From the NCBI GenBank assembly GCA_021613535.1, contig CP075492.1:6758001-6822000 (forward strand): 64,000 nucleotides of DNA. Direction: 5' to 3'. Within the stretch, counting starts at the first letter, position 1; each line of letters starts with the position of its first letter. This DNA comes from Adineta vaga (lineage: Eukaryota > Animalia > Rotifera). A program made the translations under genes and the position numbers. The notes below the pieces were generated by a model. It was not told the DNA's origin and made no database searches. It worked only from the letters and a program-made list of their open reading frames with translations. Of this stretch, positions 53,701 through 62,700 are shown one piece after another.

Positions 53701-56700
53701 TCCTTGGTTTCCCATGATTCTATAATAATATGAGCGTTCGTTCCTCCAAAGCCAAATGATGATATACCCGCTATGACTTTTCTTGATGGATTCGTTATTC
53801 TCAAATCAGTATTTGTAATTGGAATATCAATATTGAAATTCTCTATGTTTATTTTCGGATTTAACGTTTCAAAATGAATGTTTGGTGGAACCATCTTATT
53901 TCGAAGGACTAGAACAGTCTTAATAAATCCAGCTATGCCAGCTGCTCCTTCTAAATGACCAATATTGCTTTTTACAGCTCCTAGAATCAACCGCTTTTCT
54001 CTCTCGACATTTAGCACACTCTTCAAAGCTTCAACTTCAATAGGATCACCTAATTCAGTTCCTGTTCCATGGCATTCTACGTAATCGATGTCTTTACCAA
54101 AAACACCAGCTTCTACCAGAGCTCTTCTGATTACAGATTCTTGCGCCACGCCGCTGGGTGCAGTCATAGTAGCGCTCCTTCCATCTTGGTTTACTGCAGT
54201 GCCTTTTATGATTGCTAGTATTTCGTCTCCATCCGCTTGAGCTCGGCTTAATTTCTTTAATACAACGCAACCAACGCCTTCTCCTCGACAATAACCGTCA
54301 GCAGTTGAATCAAAAGTTGCGCAGCGACCCTTAGCTGAAAGCATATTTGCTGAACAAGAACCAACAAAGTTAACATGGGATAATATAATATTGACTCCGG
54401 CAACAAGAGCTAAAGAGCACTTGTCGGATCGAAGGTTCGCTGTCGCAATATCCATTGCAACTAATGAAGATGAACAAGCCGTATCAATAGTCATACTAGG
54501 ACCGCGTAGGCCAAGAATAAAGGACAAACGATTTGAAGTGATTGCTGCTGATGAGCCTGCACCGAAATATGGACTCGTAATATCATGTTGATTCATAGTC
54601 ATCCAATCATAATTAGCTTGGCCCACAAACACACCCGTATTTGATCCTTTCAGACTTGACTTATCATAGCCAGCTCTAGAAAAGGCTTCGTAGCTTACCT
54701 CTAGTAGAACTCTTTGTTGTGGGTCCATGACGATCGCCTCAGCGGAAGGAATGTTAAAAAATTCATTGTCGAACCATTCGATACTGTTTATAAGTGCAGC
54801 ATTTTTCGTATAAGTTTTTCCCATTGAACCACGAACAGGATCATAAAATTCATCTATATCGAATCTTGAAAACGGAACTTCAGTAACGCAGTTATGACCA
54901 TTTCGCAACATTGACCAAAACTCTTCTGGATTATGGGCTTCACCAGGAAATCTGCATGCCATGCTAATAACTGCGATAGGCTCGTTAGAAAATTGAGTCG
55001 GTGCAAATTCGACGATTTTCGGTGACGATAATGAACTTAGATACGAAACCATATCGGAAATAGAAGGATGATTATATACAAAGATACTAGGCAGTTCAAT
55101 GTTTATCTCCGCTACAAGAAGATTTCTGAATTCCACAGCTCCTAGTGAATCCAAACCGAACTCTATTAACGACACATTTTCATCGATCTTCTCTGCATTC
55201 AATACCTCTACTGCTATTTTAATTAATTTTTGTTTAACATCTTCTGTAGGAATAGAGACTGTTTGAGATTTCTTCTTTTTTGAAATTTGTTTGTCCTTCC
55301 CTTTGAAACTGACAAGCGGATTATTGGTGAGCGACATGCGAGACCAATCAATGGGAGTAGCACAAACCACTCCTACTTTTCCTGTACTAAATAAATATTC
55401 TAAAATTTCGATTCCGAGATGATTTGAAATTCCACCAAAACCTTGCATTTCGATTCGTCGAAGAGTTCCTCGATTGGCCGCCATGCCTGCTTCTGACCAT
55501 GCACCCCATTGGATACTCAAGATACTCTCTCCACTTCTGTTCCATGACTTAGCGATCGCATCCATTGTAGCATTTGCAGCTGAATAGTTAGCTTGTCCAG
55601 GTGAACCGAATACAGCTGCTGCTGAAGAGAATAATACCATAAAATTGAACGAAGAAAACACATTATGTAAGTTAATTGCCCCGTATACTTTTGCACTGTA
55701 CGACTTTCGAAGTGCTTCTGAGTCGAGTGTACGGATAGTTCCATCTGCTAGTACACCCGCTGTATGAAATATTCCCGTAACTGGTGGCCATTTCAATGAT
55801 TCTTCCAAAACTTTACGAACTGACGTAACAGATTCTTTTTCCGATACATCACACTGGACCCATTCAATCACTGCAGTTTCTTTTTCTTTTAGTGAATTTA
55901 GTTCTATGGACATTTCTGTTTTCCTAGTCCTTGATAAAAGTAAGATATGAGTAGCACCTGAATCGATGAGCCATTTTGCAATAACAAGACCTAAAGCACC
56001 TAAGCCACCACTGATTACATGAGTCTCTCCAGGATTAATTTTTAGTTGTTGTGATGTTTTCATTTCTGGAGATAAATTGTTTAATTTAACTAAACGAAGG
56101 ACTTTAAGAAGGCCATTGTAACTAAGTTGAAATTCGTTTTCGTCTTCAAAGGATTCAACAACATTACAAATATTTGAAATTTGTCCACTTGAATTAATAT
56201 CTTGTTCTATTTCAATACATTTCAATTTCAATTCTGACATTTCGATTCGTGCTGTGCGAGCTAACGCCCATAAGCCTGCTACTGAACTACCCAAGAGATC
56301 ATCATTTGTAGTCGAATGAATGAGTGATTTTGTAATAAACCATAGATCTGTTTGGTTCCATTGGCCTGAAATTATACGATTTTGTATTTCTTTTAAAAGA
56401 AGTAGTCCAAATTCAAGTGCCAGAAATGAATCTTCGCCGTTCGCTATGAATATTATTGAGTCCCATTTTTCTTGATTTAAGATATTTCCAATTTCAATTC
56501 TTAGATCAACAACACGATAGTTCTTTTCTACTGGCGAAATAGTAGAATTTTGATTATGAATGACATTTAACCAATTTTTGTGATCGAAGCTTATAGGTGC
56601 AAAAGATATTAATACACAGCGAGATAATTCACTACGTTTTGTAACGACTAGATCGGATCGCAAAGAAACTGTTGACCATTCGGTTTGATACAAACATTCA

Positions 56701-59700
56701 ATAGGTGATATTTCCAAGCTTGATAATCTTCTACTAGTAAGGTTTTCAACGAATCCTGTAATTTTTCCTGATGAATTCATTAGAATTACATCAGCAGTGA
56801 GGCTAGATGATGTCATTTGCTTCAACTGAACATAAACCCATTGATCTTCTTGTTCATTCTGAGTAGAAAAAACTGCTCTTTGAACATGAAACGGAACAAA
56901 AACTCCGCTTGAACTTAATGCAGACATACCCATCAATTGAAAAGCTCCATCTAATATAGCTGGATGTAAAAGACTAAGTGAACGTTCCCAAGGAGCTAAG
57001 ACACGTCGAGCAATACCAACACGAGCTAAAGCTTCGTCTTTTCCTCGCCATGCCTCGATCACAGTTCGAAATGTGTCTCCGAATTTAACACCAAGTGACT
57101 CAAATGTTTTGTATATCGAATCAACATCCATCGATACAGAGCATTGGCTTTTGAGTACATCTAACTGAAGTGGATTGGGAAGACTTGTCTGTGCTACTAG
57201 AGATATTTGAGTAACAATAACATTAGTTTCTTTGGCGCCATCTGAATCTTCAGTTTGGATTTCGCCTTTGCCGTTTTCTTCTAACACACATCGAATCTTC
57301 ATATTTTCTTTGACTAACAGCCGTTTTTGAATGATAACGTCATCAAGTTGTACTACTTTTGAAACTTTCGAAGTCGCAATACTCTCGCGGTTTTCTTTTT
57401 CCAATTTAGCTCCAGCTAACATAGTAAGATGGCTTGCTGCTGGTATCCATATTTCATTGTTGATGACATGATCATCCCATAGATGGCTTCTTTCACCCGA
57501 CAATCGACTGATAAAGCATGTTTTTTTATCGTTTGTTTCTTCCTTTCGATAAATCAGTGGATGAGTCAAACGACGCCATGGTAAAAATTTTGGATTGAAC
57601 AAAATAAGATTTTTTGATTGAGCAGTTTCAAGATGTTCTTCCTTGGTTTCCCATGATTCTATAATCACATGAGCGTTCGTTCCACCAAAGCCAAATGATG
57701 ACACTGCTCCTATTAATGGTTTTTCATCTTCTTCACTGTATGCATTCAACACATCATTTTCGAAGAGTACTTCTTTGTAGGGAATAATGGCGTTAAATCC
57801 AGTTAAATCAATTTTTGGATTTAATTCGTTGATGTGAATATTAGGAGGTACTTTCTTATGTTGAATGACAAGAACTGCTTTTATAAATCCTGCAATTCCA
57901 GCAGCACCTTCTAAGTGTCCTGTGTTTGTTTTTAGTGCTCCAAGAATTATTGGTTTCTTTCTACCTTCACTTAAGACATTTTTTAATGCATCAACTTCGA
58001 TTGGATCACCCAACTTAGTTCCGGTTCCGTGGCATTCGATATAATCGATATCTTTTCCTTTTAATCCGGCCATTTCTAATCCTTTTCGAATAACTTTTTG
58101 TTGTGCTAAACCGTTGGGCGCGGTCAATGATGCGCTTCTACCATCATGATTGACGGCTGTTCCTTTGATTAATGCTAGAATTTTGTTTCCGTCGGCTTTA
58201 GCTTGACTGAGTGGTTTCAATATGACGCATCCAACTCCTTCACCACGACAATATCCGTCCGCCAAAGCATCAAAAGTGGCACATCGTCCTTTAAGTGATA
58301 GAGCTTGCATGGCTGATGCAGTTACAAAAAATCTGCTGTTCAGAATTAGGTTAACACCAGCAACTAATGCAATTGAGCATTTTCCATCTCTTAATTTCGA
58401 ATGAGCGATGTCCAGTGCAACTAGAGAAGAAGAACAAGCGGTATCCATAGTGATACTGGGTCCTTCTAAACCAAGAGTGTATGAAATTCGGTTTGCAGTG
58501 ATTGAAGCTGAAGATCCGGCTCCATAATATGGACTAGAAAAGTCAACATCTTCGTTGCTAGTCATCCAATCATAATTTGCTTGACCGACAAAAACACCAG
58601 CATTGCATCCTTTTAGACGCTCCTTATTGTATCCAGCTTTATAGAAAGCTTCATAAGCCACTTCGAGTAAAATTCTCTGTTGTGGATCCATTATCAAGGC
58701 TTCAGCTCGAGAGATGTTGAAAAATTCATGATCAAACCATTCTACATTTTCAATAAAAGCTGCTCGGTTGCTATAACTCTTTCCTTCGTATCCCCGTTCG
58801 GGATAATACACGTCGTCATCCATATCAAATCGAGAGATTGGAACTTCTGTTACACAATCATGGCCTCGGATTAATATATCCCAAAAGTCTTCCGGGTTAG
58901 ATGCACCACCAGGAAAGCGACAAGACATGCTAATGACTGCAATCGGATCATCTTCGTGTTTGATGTTATCAATCTTTTCCATTTTCCAATTTATTGATAA
59001 ACTGGTAAGAGCACGAGCTAATGCTTCATGATTCTGATTTAAGAACTTGAAGTGATGGCCTTCGCTGGGAATTTTACTAATTTTCGAACACCATGAGCGA
59101 CAGTTTAATTCAACTTGCTCATTTCCTTGAAACGACCGAGATGCTTCTTGAAGTAGAGAAGATAAACCAGAAAAATCCGGTAGGACAGCCTGAACGAGAA
59201 CCGTACGACTATGTACTATTGCTTTAGGTGTATAGGCAGCGACGAGTTTTTCAAATTTGGCCGGATTCTTTTCAGGTATAGTAAACGGTGGTGTATGTCT
59301 TGGATCTAAAAGCAACAATGCTTCAACTTGATCAAATTGCTCTAACTGACAGACCATTTCTAGAGCGATTAAAGCACCGAATGAAAGACCACCGACAATG
59401 TATTTTCCATCTGGTTGAATTCTTCGAGCCGAACGGATAAGTTTCTTAGCAATGTTTTCAACTGTTGCGTTTTCATCCGATAAGTCCGGGATAGTTGCAT
59501 AAACTGGTGAAGGAAGCATATTGGCAAGCTTCCCAAACGTACCTTCAGCTGTTCCGAGTACACCGCCAACTAGAAATACTGATCGTCCATTCGTTGTTAA
59601 ATTTAACTTTTGCCAATCTTGTCCAGTATATTCTTCAGTCGAAGATTCTCTTTTCTTTTTTGTAGACTGTTCCAGTTGAGTAAAAATGAAGTCAGCAAGA

Positions 59701-62700
59701 TCTTTTATAGTTGGGTAGTTAAAAATTATTGAACTAGGAATATTAATATTTGTAAACTCTCTAGCCAGAGTATGATGCAGAGAAACCATTTCGAGTGAGG
59801 ATAGGCCGGCATCCATTAATGGAATTGATTCTTCAACTTCATTGCCAAGCACTTCATGAACTATGCTTCTTAAAACGGCTCTTATTTCATCAACATTTGC
59901 GTACGTTTTACTTTGCTTTGATTCATTGCTTTTACTTACAGAAGTCGATCGAAGTTGATCCAGTAATGGCAAGTGACTGATCGGACTCATTCGAGACCAG
60001 TTTATAGGTTGGACACAAACTGTACCCGTTCGATTTTCCTCTAAAAGTCTTTCCAACACTCTTTTCCCAAATGAATTAGAAATTGAACCAAATCCTTGAT
60101 TTTCCAATCGTTGAATCAAATCTTTACTTCTTGCCGCCATCCCAACTTCAGACCATGCACCCCATTGAATACTTAAAACTTTTAAATTTCCGTTGTTTGA
60201 CCAAGATTCGGCTAGACTGTCCAGAGCAGCATTAGCTGCAGAGTACAAAGCTTGACCAGCGGACCCAAAAACACCAGTAATTGACGAGAAGAGAACCATG
60301 AAATCACTTGGTGATAAAACAGTATGCAAATGTTTTGCTCCATCGACTTTAGCGCTGAATGACGAGTAAATACATTTTGGTTCTAAGTTTTTTACAGTAC
60401 TATCGAACAGTTCACCAGCAGTATGAAATATTCCTTTAATAACTGGCCAGCGCATATCAATTTTAAGTTTTTTATCGACTCGTTTGACTTCTTCTATGTT
60501 GGAAATATCACACTGAATCCATTCTATAGAAATATTTTCTTTTTGTCGACGAATCTGTTCTATTGGATTAGTCGCTTTCATTTTACGAGACAGTAGAACA
60601 ATATGCGTGGCACCAGAATTAACAAGCCATTCTGCGACAACCAACCCTAAAGCCCCTAATCCACCACTAATCACATAAGTACAATTTTCATGAATGACCC
60701 GTTGCCGTATGTTTTTATACGTCTGTGACAGTTTTACTAAACGTCGTACGTAAAACATGTTGGATAATTTTAATTCTTTCTCTCCATTTTTTACTTCTTT
60801 TCTTACTTTGTAACAAAGCTCAGCTATATGGGATGCAGTGTTAAGCTTATTATACTCGACACATCTGAGGTCAAGTTCTGGCATCTCAATTCGAGCTGTC
60901 CGTGCTAAGGCCCATAATCCCATTTCATCAAACTGAGAATCATCTAAGAACCAGATATCAGGAATAGATTGCTGGTTCTTTTCGATATAGCTTTTCTGAA
61001 TCGCCTTTAATAATCGTACTCCGATTTCGAACACAATCTGACCATGACCACTCGTTGCAACAAGTATGATGCTCGACCAAGATTCATTAACTAGTAACTT
61101 TTCCAAATATTTTGTATCGTGCAAATTAGCAGATCGTTTCTGTTGTAAAGTATCTTCTAAAGTGAAAAAGTTGGAATTGACAGCATGTATTATATTAACC
61201 CATTTTGTTCCATTCGTTGAGACTGATTCAACTGAAAGAATCAAACAGCGCGACTTTATCAAGTTGTTCAATGATGCTTCATTGTTGCTAATTTCGTTTA
61301 ATGGTATCCATTTAATCTCGTATACGCTACCAGAAATTTCATCTTGTTCGACTTTATGACTTGAAATGGATTGGATCGGAACTGGTAGTTTCCAAGGAAT
61401 ACACTTCTTGTTTACGAATGTTGGACCTATACTTGCAATTCGTTCAGTATTTTGTTTTTGAGGATACGACTGTAAGATTATATGCGCATTAGTTCCACCA
61501 AATCCAAATGATGATACACCGGCAAAGAGTTCTTTACCACCATCAGTACCAATTTTTATTGTCTGAGTCGGTATAATTCCTTTTAATTGCTGTAAATCAA
61601 TTTTTGGATTTAATTTCTCAAAGTGTATATTTGGTGGTGCTTGACCGTTTTGAAGCACTAAAACTGTTTTGATCAATCCAACGATTCCTGCCGCACCTTC
61701 TAAATGACCAATATTAGTTTTAACGGCACCAAGTACTATTGGTTTAGATCTTTCTTTTCCAAGTACTTTCGCCAGAGCCTCTACTTCGATAGGATCACCT
61801 AAATCTGTCCCGGTCCCGTGACACTCAACATAGTCCAAGTCTTTTCCGTCAATGCCTGCATCTTCCAAAGCACTGCAAAGTGCTGCTTCTTGTGCAATTC
61901 CATTTGGTGCAGTTAAAGTTGCGCTTCTTCCGTCTTGATTAACAGCGGATCCTTTAATTACAGCGAAAATTTTATCACCATCAAATACAGCTTGATCTAA
62001 ACATTTCAAAACTACACATCCAATGCCTTCACCACGCACAATTCCATTCGCTTTTGAATCAAAAGTCGCACAACGACTATCAACTGAAAGCATTTCTGCG
62101 GCACACGTAATTAAATAAGGCTCTGGATGCAAAATTATATTTACTCCACCGGCTAAAGCAACTGAACATTTTTTATTCCTGAGTTTTTCAATTGCGAGAT
62201 CAACAGCAACTAATGAAGAAGAACAAGCCGTGTCGACCGTCATACTAGCTCCATGAAGACCCAATGCAAACGAAATTCTATTTGCCGTTATTGATGGAGA
62301 ATTGCCTGTTCCTGCGTAAGAATGTGGACTGTCTGTTACTAACATCCAATCATAATTCATTTGGCCTATAAAAACTCCAGTATTCGAATCTTTTAGTGCT
62401 GATTTATCTAAGCCAGCGTTTAAAAAAGCTTCATATGCTACTTCAAGAATAAGCCTCTGTTGAGGATCCATCGTTCTAGCTTCAGCTAGAGGAATATTGA
62501 AAAAGTCGTTATCGAACCACTCGACATCGTTTATGAAAGCGCCTTTTTTAGTGTAACTTTTGCCAATCGTCTTTGGATTAGGACTATAAATTTCATTAAT
62601 ATCGAATCTTGATGAAGGAACTTCCGTAACACAATTCCGTTTTTCCATGAGCATTGTCCAAAACTCTTCTGCACTAGAAACTCCTCCAGGCAATCTACAG

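Larger units (their letters stand above)
51090..58950 (-). other. PKS modules 2 and 3: KS-DH-KR-ACP twice (no AT)
   Basis: KS2 about 57655-58950, KS3 about 53715-54985. DH motifs DHVINNEIWIP and HPAILDGAFQ; KR HTAGVLAD and GQANYSAAN; ACP GLDSL at about 55150 and about 51205. Confidence 0.85.
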
